From NCBI RefSeq assembly GCF_009914755.1, contig NC_060942.1: DNA of 64,000 nt; one strand, written 5' to 3'. Every line of letters begins with the position of its first letter. Within the stretch, counting starts at the first letter, position 1. Positions 1 to 16,710 of the stretch are shown in pieces. Below the pieces are notes generated by a model. That model saw only the letters and a list, made by a program, of their open reading frames with translations. It ran no database searches and was not told the DNA's origin. The stretch is from the human T2T-CHM13v2.0 reference genome, Homo sapiens. The position numbers were made by a program, and so were the translations under genes.

Positions 1-3000
1 TATGCAAGAAACATAAGAATATAGTATATTTTTAGCAAAATGAAAAATCAGACTTTAAAGCCAAGTTCTTTTATGATTTGAAAAGAACTTTCCTGCATTG
101 CCATGTCCAGACAATGAAATACTGGGTGGTGTCACACTGACATCTTCTTTAGGTAGCTTTAATGTGGTTGTTTTCCTTTTCAATTTCCTTAGTTATTTAA
201 CTGGGACTCAAGTCAATTGGTAGCTGTTGGTGGCTGTTGGTGGCTTGCCTGAACTTAGTTTATTTTTGTTAATGTTTTATCTATTTAAGTTGCTTTGAAA
301 GTATTTATAGGGAAAGGAAAAATCACAGTTTTGGTCTCATGCTAATTTTTATTTATGTGTCACCTGATGAAAACTTGGAGGTATAAAACAATCAGTTCAG
401 TCTTAAATATAATTGTTTATTTGCCAATAAGAATCAGACTTTATATCAGAAGAGGAGAAACAAATCTTACTTTTATTCCTGGAACTTAAACAGTGCACCT
501 GCATAGAGAAAGATAATAAAAATAATTATGTGAAATGGAACATACTTTTTGGTATTTATTTTAAGCATACATGAACATGTCTGTACAAGAATGTTAAAGT
601 ATATGCTAGTTAGTATCACCTATCATTTTAAGAGTTATGACTTGAGAATTCATAATTATCTAGGAATGTCTTGGCTCATGTTTCTCTGTCGTGATTTTTT
701 TTTTCTAGTATGGTTTCTCTGCCATAAAACTTACCTAAGCTAAACATTTATGTACTCTGTATCCTGAATGAATACATTCTTGTGTAGCTTCTCTTTTGTT
801 CAATAAGATTATAATTTCATCAATAATTTACCATGGAAATAGGAAGCCTGAAATTTTAGAAAATGAAAATTTGTGATTGGTGCTTAGAAAGTAATTAAAG
901 AATACTATTCAAAAGTATAATTTTTTTTTGCCCCAAAGGATAAAATAGTAAGGCATAATTTGTAAAACAACAAGAAGAATTGGAACTTGAACAAAGAAAA
1001 ATGTATCTTAAAGTATATTTTTGCACTTTGGGAAATGATAGCTTCCAGACCCCCATTGGCCCGTGCAAGCAGGTTTCTAAACAGGGTCATTTAAAAACCT
1101 TTCAGGTCTTATTTTAAAAACTCTAACTCACATTTTATGAAAACATTAAAATACACCCAATCTTCTATTAAATATATTTTTCACTGTAAATACTTTGAAA
1201 GGATTAATATGACTTTGCTTTTGAAGTTACTTTCCCAAGAACAATTCATTTCATTTACTACTGTCTGATTTTCGGCAACCAGCATGAAGCCTTGGAAATT
1301 CTTTAGGATGGAGAGAATCTAGCACACAATTTCCTTCTAAAATTAATGAAATTCTTATGAATACTAAATAGAAAAATCAGCATAGATTTCATTTTCATAT
1401 ATTTAATTGTAAACTTGTTAATTTTGATCTTATTTTTTCATATTTTAGAAGGAATACTTATCTTTAGGTCAAAAATATGAATTGAATCCCTTAAACATTT
1501 GAGGGCCTTTAGCACTGCTAGTATCACTCACTGTATAAAGCTGCCCTTTTCCTGCCAACTCGCATCCTGTATACCTAGTCCTAACTTTCATTGTTTCTCG
1601 TCTCCTTTGTTGCAAAGAGTTTCTCCTGTAGCTTTAATCACAATTGCCACAACTTTTTACCCGGGATTGCTTGGATTAGATATAAAATCAACATACATTT
1701 TTTTCTGGGTAACTTTTGAAAGAACATAGGTGTTCTTTCTTAGAGTAAAGATATGTGGGGTGTGAATGATTTTCTCACCTTATGTGCCTAGGGTGTAACT
1801 GAGGAGTATGACTTATAACGAATTCTATATAGCTGAATTTGACCCTGAAAAACAGCATCATGTAGGGTGTCATGCCTCAGTGGTGTTCTCTGTGCTTGGA
1901 ATTCCAAAGAGCAGAGTATGGGTCCCTCAGGGACATTCTTTCTGGAAATGTTTGCTGTCTTTTAGGACAGAACAGGCTATTACCACTTCACAGAGAATAG
2001 TAAATGCAGCAGCTTCAACTCATTGAACGTCTACTCTGGATCATGCATTGTACTAGAAAAGTTTTTTTTTAATTTTTTAACTCAAACTCCCATTTGACAT
2101 AATAAAAGTTAAAAAACTTATTTTAATTTCATTTACAATTTTAAAAGGCCTTAAGTATTTGCAACTGTGACAAAGCCAACACAATGGCAATTTTAGAATG
2201 TTCTTCTTTCAGACTGCATGGCTCTCCCTCCTTGTGACCCCCTTCCTCACCCACAACATGCCAGTCCCCAGATGCCTATGTGTGCTCTTCTTATGGAGCA
2301 AAAGGTACAAGGAAGCATGATTTTCTGTTGAGAATCGCTATGCTAGATCCTGTACATAGATCATCTCACTGAACAAGATGAAACTTAGAAGTTCAGAGAA
2401 ATTAAAGACTTGACCCAGTTCACACAACTATTAGCAACAGGGTTGAGACTTGGATGAAGTCCCCTAAGGGTTTGTGACTCCTGGCATGTGCAACACCTGG
2501 CACCTGCCACACCATCAGATGTAATATCATTGGACATTCATGAGGAATAATTTGGAGAATTCATGTAAGTTCATGTAGTCTGAGACAACCCCAACTGCTA
2601 TTTTGAGATCAATTTGAGTTGAGGAGAAATTCTGCAAAAAAAATTACCCAAGTGGATCCCTGAAGAATTCCATGGTGGTAGCAACCGTCTGTATTGCAGA
2701 AACAACATCATGAATTTGAAGATAATCTCCACTTTGTTACTGCACCCTGGGTTCTCTAGGAAGAAATAGGCCTATGTGTTGAAAAGTCTTGTACATGTTC
2801 TTGATACATACTCTGATAATCACACTTTGCATTCCAAAAAAATCAGAAAATGGTTTTAAACAAATTAATGCACTTATGGGACCAATGATGCATAATACTT
2901 AAAATTAGGACAGTTTTGAAAAAAAATAGAATGTATGATTGTTCTAAGAATTTACAGAGGCCTTAATGGAAAGAATGGGTTAAAAATGATGTGTTAAACC

Positions 3001-3433
3001 TCAAAAATTTAACATCGTATTGAATTACAGATGGTTTAGAAAGCAAAGGCTGTAGTGCCTCAAATAGACTGTCTAATATTGTAATATTTACTTTTGCTCT
3101 ATTTCAGTTCAGAAATCTGGGGTGATTTGAGAAATAGTGAGCCCCATGAATGTGTCTGCTTGGGGGTTGGAAACAGGCCACTCACAGGCCACTGAGGACA
3201 GAAATGTCCACCAACGAGAAGAGATAGTTTTAGGGTATTAGTGACAAGGATACTGGGCCAAGGGAACTTTTCCCTTTTTGTTAGAGTTATTTGATGATTA
3301 CCTCCAAGGCTGAAAAAAAATGAAGCTTTAAATTATAAAAAATAAATAAATCTAAAAATATAATATTCCTAGAAAATGTACCGGGAACTAATTTCATTTT
3401 CTCATTGTCCTCTAGGCTGCACTCCATTTTGCA

Positions 3434-3601
3434 ATGGCCTCCCTTGCTGCAGCAAATGCAGAGTTTTGCTTCAACCTGTTCAGAGAGATGGATGACAATC
3501 AAGGAAATGGAAATGTGTTCTTTTCCTCTCTGAGCCTCTTCGCTGCCCTGGCCCTGGTCCGCTTGGGCGCTCAAGATGACTCCCTCTCTCAGATTGATAA
3601 G
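3434..3601 (+). CDS. SERPINB7: SERPINB7 (megsin) first coding exon (exon 2), aa 1-56
   Basis: MASLAAANAEFCFNLFREMDDNQGNGNVFFSSLSLFAALALVRLGAQDDSLSQIDK. Acceptor tctag ends 3415, then 18 nt of 5'UTR; donor AAG|gtcagt. 168 coding nt, the typical clade B size. Confidence 0.97.
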
Positions 3602-3904
3602 GTCAGTCTCAGCTTTTGCAGTTAATCACTGGGACAAATTGTTTTTCCCACGAGAACATTTCGTTGCAATGGTCCCCATGTTAATGGAGGTCATCATGAG
3701 GCACAAGGTGTCACATCTTCACACATCTCCACGAGGCCCTCTTTGGGTGTGAAGAAAGCACACAGCTTGCAGTACTTGTTTTTGAGCCAAGAGGCAGCAG
3801 AAATATTCCAAGTACTGCAGCTTTGATGTTTTCCCTCAGTGCAGTGGTTCTCAAAGTGTGTTTCCCAGACCAGGATCAGCAGCACCGCCTGGAGAACTTG
3901 TTAG

Positions 3905-4389
<485 letters not shown>

Positions 4390-5284
4390 TCAGAAACTAT
4401 GGGTGTTGGACCCAGCACTCTGGGTTTTAATGAGCTCTCCAGGTGCACATGAAGGGTTGAAAACCACTGCCTGAGTAGATACAGTTGAGATAGGAGAGTT
4501 AGAAGGAGATTCCAATGACATCCCAGTTTAAGCACTGGTTACCGGGGCACAAAAACATCATAGTACATTCCAGATAATAGCAGCCTACCTGAATAGTCCT
4601 CACATTGTCATCATCACCACCTTCACCGCCACCTTCAGGGAGTGCTTATTAACACACCCGTGCACACAGCTCTGGGAGCACTTTATAGGGAAGTGGAATG
4701 GTCGTTTCCCTCCCTTCTCAGAAAATTGCCACTGAAACTCAGTAGCTCAACAGCAGGTGAGATGCCAGGTCCAGGCTGCATGCAGAGGCCTTGATGTCGT
4801 CCCTTTCTGCCCCCACCTCCCTGTGCCCACCTCTTGCCCCACTATTCCTCCCATTATTTTAGTTCTGAAGGGCTTGCCAGAGGAATCTGGTGCCTGTTGT
4901 AACCTGTCATACCTCAGGTCATATGGAAAACCATTTATGGGATAATTTAAGCTAGAATAATTCCTTCCTTTATCTGAATAGCTCAGTAAATATTAATTGC
5001 TAGAGAACAACTACAGAGTCTTAGACTGCTGTTTTTTTCAAGCGCTAGAGCGGTTTACAACCTAGTACATAGGATACAACACTTTAATGAGATGATAGTA
5101 ACAACTATCTGCTGAGAACTTTATCAGTGTTCAGGATCTGGGATAAGCCCTAAGAATATGATCTTATTTGATATTCACATTGACACACTGAAGTGGGAAT
5201 ATTACCCTGATTTTATGGAGGGGTGACCATACTGTGTGCTGGTAGATGGCGGACCTGAGATTCAAACTCAGGATGATCTTCTAC

Positions 5285-5498
5285 AACTGGTTTTCTCAAC
5301 TTTGGCACTATTGACATTTTTGGCTGGATAAATCTTTGTTGTGAGGGGCTGTCCTATGCATCATTTAGCAGCATTCCTGGCCTCTCATCAACAACTACCC
5401 GCAGCATACCCCTCCCCCATCATGACAACCAAAAACATTTCCAGATATTTCCAAAGAATGCCCTCAAAAGCAAAATCAGTCTCCAGTTGAGAACTGCT
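5285..5498. mobile_element. MER20-like DNA transposon
   Basis: ttctcaactttggcactattgacattt...gacaaccaaaaacatttccagatatt...cagttgagaactgct resembles the MER20 consensus as I recall it. Confidence 0.7.
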
Positions 5499-6939
5499 CT
5501 GAAGCCACCAAACTGAAATATAGCTCAAAGTACATCACTGTGAAGCTTCAGTATTTTAAAGTGGGTATTTTGATAAATAAATATAAAGCCCTTGAAAAAC
5601 ATTCAACAAATAAAAATTTATTCATTCATAAAAATGCATAATGTTTCAGAACCAAGTGAGATGATTTGGTATCATGGAAACATAGCCTTGGTCTGGGAGT
5701 TAGAAGATTGGGTCGAAGATCTGACCTTGGGAAAATCATGTCATCTCTGTGGGCACTAGTGTCCTCACCTGTGCACGGAGGATGCTGATTTGATGATAAA
5801 ACAAATAAAGAAAAAAACCTTACAGTTGTCACTGTTCAATGTGTTAGACAATGATGTGCAGGCACCATGCCTATGACTAAAGCTTGATTTTAATGCAACA
5901 GAAGACACACGGCTCTTACCTACTGTGTGCTTTCATGTCAGGAGCAATCTTTCAGCTCCTGTCTGGTACACCTTCTGAAGTCTCCTTGCCCTGCACCTCA
6001 TGCCTGGTGGGCCAGGGTCAACAGCTCATGAGTCATGGTGAACTGAGAGAGCTGCTGTTCTGCTGGAGTTTGCTCTGTACTCTTTACTGCCTCATCAATT
6101 ACTCTCATGTGTGACTTTTTATAACTCTTACTATTATGATCTTGCATGAAGAAACATGTAAGAGGAGAAAAGGCAACTACAGACACAAAAACATTCATCT
6201 AATTTATCTGCACACATTTTTAATCCTCTGTAAATGTCTTCTAGGAAATTAATTTTCAGCTTCTCCCCTGCTTCAGTTGGTTTCTCATTACTACACTCGA
6301 CCCTTGTCACCATAAATCACACATTTCTATTTTAAATGAATCCCGGCTCAATTTATGGCTTCCATCTGTGTGTCTCTTTTAAGCATTCCCATGGATCTGT
6401 GTTTCTTTTTCTTTTTGATGCTCAAAGTGTCATAGCTTCGCCAGTAGATATCTCTTTAACCCAATCTTTTTAAACAATCCTTCCCAATAACTTTAAAATA
6501 TTTTTGCTTTCTGACAAGACGTTCTGGGCTTGTCTTGAGTTATCTTAGCTCCAAAAGGAGCTCAGCTATTCCTCATGAAACTCTGGCTCATTTACTCTAT
6601 TAAATATATAGTATAGAGTAAATATATATGTTTACTTGATTAAAGTCAAGAATCAGTGTGCTTGAGGTTCAATGCAGTTGAAGTGCCATGAAGGCTGCTC
6701 ACCATTTGAGTGAAAGAGCTGGAAAAGCGTATTTACTGACAAAGTCATGGGTTCAGACTCATGGTTTCTTTTTGTTGTTGTTTTTTGTTTTTTTTGTGTG
6801 TGTTTTTATTTTCATTTAGATCTAATAATGCTGTTCTTTCTTATAGTGTTTGAATATAAAAGTATTAAAAAGTGATTTTCCTATTTCGTAAGCTACTTAC
6901 TCCTCTCTTCTCTCACAAGACATTTCCATTGAAATGCTT

Positions 6940-7312
6940 TATATATATATAATATACGTATATATACACATATATAATATACGTATATATACACATATAT
7001 AATATACGTATATATACACATATATAATATACGTATATATACACATATATAATATACGTATATATACACATATATAATATACATATATATACACATATAT
7101 ATAATATATGTATATATAATATACTTATATATACATATATACATATAATATAAGTATATATATGTATATATGTATATATATACGTATATACATATAATAT
7201 AAGTATATATATATGTATATATGTATATATATACGTATATACATATATACACACACACACACACACACCAGCATGGCACATGGCACACACACACCAGCAT
7301 GGCACATACGTG

Positions 7313-7346
<34 letters not shown>

Positions 7347-7348
7347 TC
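6940..7348. repeat. TA/CA-rich minisatellite and microsatellite block
   Basis: 25-nt unit aatatacgtatatatacacatatat repeated 5 times from 6951, plus degenerate copies and (CA)n and (TA)n runs. Confidence 0.95.
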
Positions 7349-8001
7349 CACACATTTCCTTTGAAATGCATTATTTTATATATTATATATAGTTTGGATT
7401 ACACATGTTTGGATTATATATGTATGAGAGCCATATGTTTGGACTTCCTTCTCTCAACGTTTCCATTGAAATACATTATGAAATATATACGTATACACAC
7501 ACGCATATATATATTTTTCTAAAGTTATGTTTGGATTACAATATTATTTAAAAGTTGTACAAATTTGTATTTTCTAAAATGCAACTGAGTTTTACAAAAA
7601 GCATTTAAAAATAATCACTATAATATATTACGTATTCTACCACTCTCTAAGACGAAATAATAGTTTCATAATTTGGCATGAATATGCAGGTAGAAGCCCA
7701 AGGATGATTCATAGTATCCTTTTTTTAAAAAAAATCCTTAATCCAAATGTCCTGAAATTTCTTAGACTGTATAGACTCATGATTTTCCTCATTGCCATCA
7801 TCTGAATTCATAAACCATTTATCAGAAAGAAAAATTCTGATTTCCCTACATAAGCACATGAGGGAACATGAAAGTATAGCACACTTTGTATTTCAGATAG
7901 AAACACCAAAGAATTAGATAAGAAAAGTAAGAAGAGGAAGAATTGTGATAAACAAGCCCTTTGAAGTTTTATCTAATATTTATCACACATAAATATTTAC
8001 T

Positions 8002-8347
8002 GTAGGTTGAATATCCCTTATCTAAAATGCCTGGGACCAAGTGTTTTGGATTTTGGATTTTTTCCCATTTGGGATTTTTTTAGATTTCAGCAAGTTTGTT
8101 TATACATGAGATGGGATAAGACCCAGGTATAAACATGAAATTCATTTATGTTTCATATACAACCTATACATATAGCATGAAGGTAATTTTATACTACATT
8201 TTAAATCTTTTTATTAATGAAACAAAGTTTTGACCGTGACACATCACATGAGGTCACATATGGAATTTTCTACTTGCGTCATGTTGATGCTCAAAAATTT
8301 CAGAATTTGGAGCATTTTGGATTTTGGATTAGGATGCTCCACCTGTA
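8002..8347. mobile_element. Tigger4-like (TcMar) element
   Basis: Ends taggttgaatatccctta ... taggatgctccacctgta, with internal ttttgga(t) motifs. Confidence 0.7.
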
Positions 8348-8911
8348 GCATCATTATGTGTCTTTAGTCATGGTAGTTTTACTGTTGAATCTACAATTTC
8401 TTGGATTTTTGTAAAGATAAAAACAGATATGTATCATTTCAATATTTGACACTTCTGTTTACTAAGATTCAATTAGGAATATCAGAAAATCAACCAAATT
8501 CATATCAAAAGAGAGTAATATTAGTAATGATCAAAGAACGATGTTAAATATTTAAACTTATTAAAACTTTATTCAAAAAGTTAAGGAGAATGACTTCTGG
8601 ATAGTTATATAATTTTAAAATTATTGCCTGGGTGCCACAAGCATTATCTCAGAAAAGATGTTAGTATGTTTGAATCACTTTAACATGGTATTTTATATTT
8701 TTGTTCCATGCACATATTCCTAAATAATTCTTTCCAATGGTAGCTTTAGGACTATTAAAAACAAAACAAAACAAAACAAAAACCAAAAAAGAATTGCAGG
8801 GAGTTGTTAAAAAGTTACAGTCTGTCTTAAGAAAAATTTTGGCTAATGAGAAGGGGAGATTCCTTTCTCTGCAAGGCTTCACATGAATTACTACATTCTT
8901 TTTACGAGGTA

Positions 8912-10106
8912 CAGTCACAGTCCACATAATGACATTTTGGTCTATGATGGACCACATATATGAGGGCAGTACCGTCAAATTATAATGAAACTGAGGTATT
9001 ACTATTGTCTAGTGATGTTGCAGCCATCATAATATCATAGCGAAATGCATTACTCATGTGTTTGTAGTGATGCTGGCATAAGCCAACCTACTGGACTGCC
9101 AGTTGTAGAAAAGCCCAACACATACAATGATGTACAGTACGTAATGCTTGATAATGGTGACTATTACTGATTTATGCATTTACAATAGTATACTTTTAGT
9201 AGTTATTTTAAAGTGTACTCCTTCTACTTACGAAAAATAAAAGTTCGCTGTGGAACAGCCTCAGACAGACCCTTCAGGAGTGATTCCAGAAGGAGGCATT
9301 GTTATCATAGGATATGATGGTGCCATGCGTGGTAATGCTCCGAAGACCTTTCAGTGGGACAAGACGTGAAGGAAAAAGACAGTGATATTGACAATCCTGA
9401 CTCTGTGTAGGCCTAGGCTAAAGTGTTTATGTCTTACTTATTCACAAAAAAGTTTAAAAAGTTAAAAAATTAAATAAATACAGCTCATAGGATAAGAATA
9501 TAAAGAAAAAATATAATTGTACTGTTGTATGATGTCTTTGTGTTTTAAGACTAGTGTTGTTACAAAAGAATCAAAATGTTTTTAAAAAATAAGAAGTTTA
9601 TAAAGTAAAAAAGTTAAAGTAAGCCAAAGTTAACTTATTACTGAAAACAAAAATATTCTTTATAAATGTAGTGTAGCCTAAGTGTACAGTGCTTGTGAAG
9701 TCTACAGCGGTGTACAGTAACATCCTAGGCCTTCACACTCATTAGTCACTCGCTGACTCACCCAGTGCCACTTCCTGTCTTGCAAGTGCCATTCATGGGA
9801 AGTGCCTATACTGTTTTACCAGTTTTCATCTTTCATACAGTTTTTTACTATACCTTTTCTATTCTTAGATGTATTTAATACACAGATATTTACCATTGTG
9901 TTACAACTACCTACAGTCTTCAGTACAGTAACATGCTATACAGGTTTGTATTTGGGAGCAATAGGCTATACCATGTAGCCAAGTTGTATAGTAGGCCATA
10001 CCATCTAGGTTTGCATGAGTACACACTGTAACATTCACACAATGACAAAATCACCTAACCATACATTTCTCAGAAAGAATCCGTGTAGTTAAGTGATGCA
10101 TGATTG
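8912..10106. mobile_element. Tigger3-like (Golem) DNA transposon, ~1.2 kb
   Basis: ta|cagtca...cataatgacattttggtc at the left end and gttaagtgatgcatgattg|ta at the right end, with TA target sites. Confidence 0.75.
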
Positions 10107-11863
10107 TAATAAGTAGAAGGTTTAAAACTTTGAAGAGCAGACATCAGTCAAATTATATTTTATAACTTATATTTATATAAATGTACATAGCCATTTATAT
10201 TTTTCTCAAGACATTATGTCATAATCAAATATGACTTCCAATATGTTCTCAGCCTTTACTGGTTAAACTTTCCTCCTTGAACTGTTTCAAAGATTAGCGA
10301 GCTGGTCCCATCAACTCCTGACCCCTCATTTTAGGAAAGAAGGATACAAAGGGACCACCTAAGTTCAAGCTGGCCACTGCTCATCTCTCTCTCCATCTTA
10401 TACTGAGATGATGGACAGTAATGACTTTCATTTGAAACTTTTCATTTTGGGAGCCCTGAGAGACAAACTTCATCTATTTTCTGACATAGGATGAAACAAT
10501 TATAATGATGTAGTCCAAAGTATAAAGATACATGCTTTTATTTCCTTTCTTATAGTAGTCCAAATAAATAATTCCATGGAGTGGAAGGTCCCTGTTGAAC
10601 CTCCCTTTCCTAGTAACAAGTGACCAACTCCACTGTTCGCCACTGCTCACCAATGAAGTCGCAGCTGCAATAAAATTGACTAAAAAACTGAGGGAGGATT
10701 AAGGATACAGAGTACCCAGTATATTCTCTCTCTGAATTCTTTCTCTCAATTGGGAAGAGATAACTGCCATATTTTTAAAGGTATTGAAAATCCACATTGG
10801 CCAAGAGCTTATTCTATTTTCAAGTAGAGATGTTGCAAAGATGCAAGATTCTCAAAATATAGTGAAAGGTTGAAGATTAAAAGACTTATGCTTTCATCAT
10901 CTTTTCTTTATCATAACATGCATAAATGTTCTTATAGACTGATATGACAGGTCCTTCAGTACCATATGCTCACAGTGACAGTTTATCTAAAGACTAAGAA
11001 AGCTCTTCTATAAATCAAATGCTGATGTTCCCAGGCTGTTGAACCAGAATTGTTCAAGGGTCTCTGTCACTCAGTCACTGCAGGTTCTAGTTCAAAATTT
11101 TGGATTTTGAATTTTTCCATAGGTGAAAACATGCCATGCATAGTCACTATTGAAATAAAAATCACTTGCAAATAATTAGGTGATAAAAACTACAACTTAA
11201 TAACAGCAATGACTTCTTGAGCTTTATTGTAAGTATGGACGTTTCTAAACTGAAAAATATTAAGCTTTCCAGTTTTATTATATTATGAATTTAACAAATT
11301 TTTCTTTAAACTAAGCCCACTTAATATAAAAATCCCCAAATTAAACACATTTTAAATTTTATAAACCTCCGTAAAATAATTTTGAATTAAAGGAGCAGAA
11401 GGGGCAAGTGCTGAAAAGTTCTCTTCTTTTGTCAGAAGCCACCACGGTGAGGTTGATGACAACAATGATGGTGGGATTAGTTAAAAACAGTCAGCTTTGG
11501 GGAGGAAGCATTTAATCACTGTTATTCTGTATATATACTGCTATGAGAAAAATCCTCTATCAGACTAATATGGTCAAAATTATGCCTGATACACAAAATA
11601 TAGTTTTTAAATTTGGTTGGTACAAATGATTTCCTTAACTCAATTTGTATAGTGCCTCCTTTGTGTGAGACAATGTGTAGTTATAAACAATAAGAAAGAA
11701 ATATAAGGGATAATATCGAATATTAGAGATAGTACAAATTCTAATTATGAGTTTGTATTCTCGATAAGCTGAAAGTTAGGGGAAGCTCCACATGTTGAAA
11801 ACACTGTAAAACATGGGGTAGGGAGGGAAGGGGAGAAAGAAAGAGTTTTAAGTGTTCATATGG

Positions 11864-12405
11864 ATTTGACCCAGCCATCCCATTACTGGATATATACCCA
11901 AAGGATTATAAATCATTCTACTATAAAGACGCATGCACACGTATGTTTATTGCAGCACTATTCACAATAGCAAAGACTTGGAACCAACCCAAATGCCCAG
12001 CAATGATAGACTGGATAAAGAAAATGTGGCACATATGCACTATGGAATACTATACAGCCATAAAAAGGATGAGTTCATGTCCTTTGCAGGGACATGGATG
12101 AAGCTGGAAACCATCATTCTCAGCAAACTAACACAGGAACAGAAAACCAAGCACTGCATATTCTCACTCTTAAGTGGGAGTTGAACAATGAGAACATATG
12201 GACACAGGGAGGGGTACATCATAAACCAGGGCCTGTCAGTGGGTTGGGGAGGCTAGGGAAGGGATAGCATTAGGAGAAATACCTAATGTAGATGATGGGT
12301 TGATGGGTGCAGCAAACCACCATGGCATGTGTATACCTATGTAAAAAACCTGCACATTCTACATATGTATCCCAGAACTTAAAGAATAATAAAAATAAAT
12401 AAATA
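11864..12405 (+). mobile_element. 5'-truncated L1PA 3' end
   Basis: ORF2 C-terminal sequence (FMSFAGTWMKLETIILSKLTQEQKTKH), L1PA 3'UTR and A-rich tail. Confidence 0.92.
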
Positions 12406-12603
12406 TTTTTTAAAAATGGTGATGACATAGAGTTTTAGAGCCTATTTAAGTAAAACAGTGCTTTTTTGCATAAAATGACATTTCAAGAAATTTAGGAATA
12501 ATCATTGGTGGGAAATGTTGATAGGTTCCATGATTCCAAAATTACAAAAAATAACAGGAAAATCTGGTAGGTAAAACTTAACAAATATTAAATTAACACA
12601 TGA

Positions 12604-13011
<408 letters not shown>

Positions 13012-13494
13012 AGTCCACAGGTATTCTGAGTTACATCATTGTATAGTGAAGAAGGTGGTCACATTTCACTGACTATATTGAAAACTGTAGAGTTCCGCTG
13101 CTGAAATATGCTTTTCATTCAGTGTCAGACTGGGAGAGCTGTGCACTGAGGCATTAATATCCGTGTGTGGACTGACTACCAGACAAGCATGATTTAATTG
13201 GAAGCGATATCACCATAGCATTTATGTAAATTGACACAAATTCCAAAATCCTAGTAAACCTAAGAGAAAATCAAGTTGTGGTAAAGAAAGAAAATGCAAT
13301 AAAAATTAAAACCAAGTATGCCTGTTGATGTGCATTCAGAGTCATGGGGAGAATCTGCTCTAAGATACTAATGAACTTGGAATGGCAATTAGACACATTT
13401 ATTGGGAAAGAATATTTTTATTTTTAAAACCTCTTGCAAACTGTTCTCGTAACCTCTGATTCTAATGATTGCTTTCCTTGTGCCCTGTTTACAG

Positions 13495-13797
<303 letters not shown>

Positions 13798-14262
13798 CTA
13801 TCCTTTCAAAGCAAAGAAACATGCTTTATTCAGATTTCCAGATTGTGAATTTTTCAAGTAAAATTTTTGATAATTTACTTGTTATTTATTACTTTAGTAA
13901 TATTTTATTTGCATATTGGCCATATTTGGGCAAGAAAGGATGAAGTTAAATGTTTTGCCTTTTTCTTTGTATATTCATAGACAACTTACATTGGTAAAAT
14001 TAATTAATATATATGTTATGCAAAATCATTACCTTCTGTTAACAATTTTAAGTCCAAGTATTTAGTAAATTATTTCATTTGATCACAGACACTATTTTGA
14101 GAAAGGGTAAGACATAGATGTATGTGGCCTTGTTTGCCATTTTTATAGTATTTAAAAAAATTCTTTTATGGTATAATTTGCATGTTTTGTTTTATGTGTA
14201 AGTGAGATTATGCATATCTTTGCAGTCCAAAAATAAATTTTTATACATCTTTTTAATAACAG

Positions 14263-14379
14263 TCAGGGCTCCAGTCTCAACTGAAAAGAGTTTTTTCTGA
14301 TATAAATGCATCCCACAAGGATTATGATCTCAGCATTGTGAATGGGCTTTTTGCTGAAAAAGTGTATGGCTTTCATAAG
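14263..14379 (+). CDS. SERPINB7: SERPINB7 exon 4 (117 nt)
   Basis: aataacag|TCAGGG...CATAAG|gtaagt encodes SGLQSQLKRVFSDINASHKDYDLSIVNGLFAEKVYGFHK. Confidence 0.95.
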
Positions 14380-14697
14380 GTAAGTGAAACTGCCTTTGTT
14401 AGAAGGACCTGAATCTTGTTAAATCCATTATCTGAACAAAGGCTTGTGTCTTTCTACTGAGCAATACAAAGATGGTTTTGTTTCTCATTGCTACTTATTA
14501 TGTTCTCAGATGTCTTGAATATATCATCACCATTTCCAAAGTTCAACTTTTTACCCAATTAATCCACATATTCAGGTTCATTAGACTGATAGGCTTCAAA
14601 ACAGAAGAGAACGTGTCTATTGGTAGGGATGCTGAGCTGTAAATGGAATGGAGGAGCAGTCAGCCCATTTAGGGGTGTCCATGGCAGGAAACACATT

Positions 14698-14902
14698 CTG
14701 GGTTCAAGCAATAATCCCACCTCAGCTTCCTGAGTCGCTGTGACCACAGGTGCATGCCACTATGCCCAGCTAATTTTTTTGTTGTTGAGAAAGGGTCTCT
14801 CTATGTTGCCCAGATTGGTCTTGAACCCCTGGGCTCAAGTGATCTTCTTGCTTCAGCCTCCCAAATTGCTGCAACTACAGGCATGAGCCATCTTGCCTGG
14901 CC
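14698..14902 (-). mobile_element. Old Alu fragment (AluJ-like)
   Basis: Reverse Alu sequence ending tcttgcctggcc. Confidence 0.8.
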
Positions 14903-15040
14903 AAATTTTATTTTTTATGTCACTTAAGTTTTATGTATTTTTTTTAAGGACATAGACAAGTCTTAGAAGGAGATCAACATGACATACTAGTTGGACTTTT
15001 TAAAAAAGTATAAATGCTTAGTGGCTTCTAGCTCTTCTAG

Positions 15041-15391
<351 letters not shown>

Positions 15392-15520
15392 TAGCAACAT
15401 CTATATAACTATCCTGTCCCTCCCCACTGCTATCTTTATTCCTTGCTGACATCTTGCATGTATCAATCTCTTGCATGTTTCAACCTTCCTAGGCCATGGA
15501 CTACTTAAAACTACTCTTTG

Positions 15521-15949
<429 letters not shown>

Positions 15950-16352
15950 CTAGTCTTATCCTGCAGATAGACAAAGGACAACTAGTGAATCTTCATTATT
16001 AGGATGAAAATCCTATAAACTTTAACAGGAAATCCACTAACAATACATGGTTTGTAATACATCTTTCTCTTCTAATTCTGAACATCTTTCCACAAAAATA
16101 TATTTGTGTATATTCATTGAATTACTAATGTGTTGATAAATTAGATCATTATGACTTTTTTTGTATTAAGAACAGCAAGTATTTCTTAGGCAACTATTAT
16201 GTCCAAGGCAATGTGTTAGGTACTGGGAATAAAATAATAAGCAAGGCATATATAGTCTTGACTTCACAGAATTTGCTGTTTTGTGAAGGACTCAGACAAT
16301 CTCAAAGGTAAAAAGGATGCATTATGATAACAGCTGTTAAGAAAAGAAATCA

Positions 16353-16710
<358 letters not shown>

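Noticed and set aside
6893-7522. Y/I/V/C-rich ORFs of up to 152 aa
   Set aside because: These are translations of TA/CA repeats.
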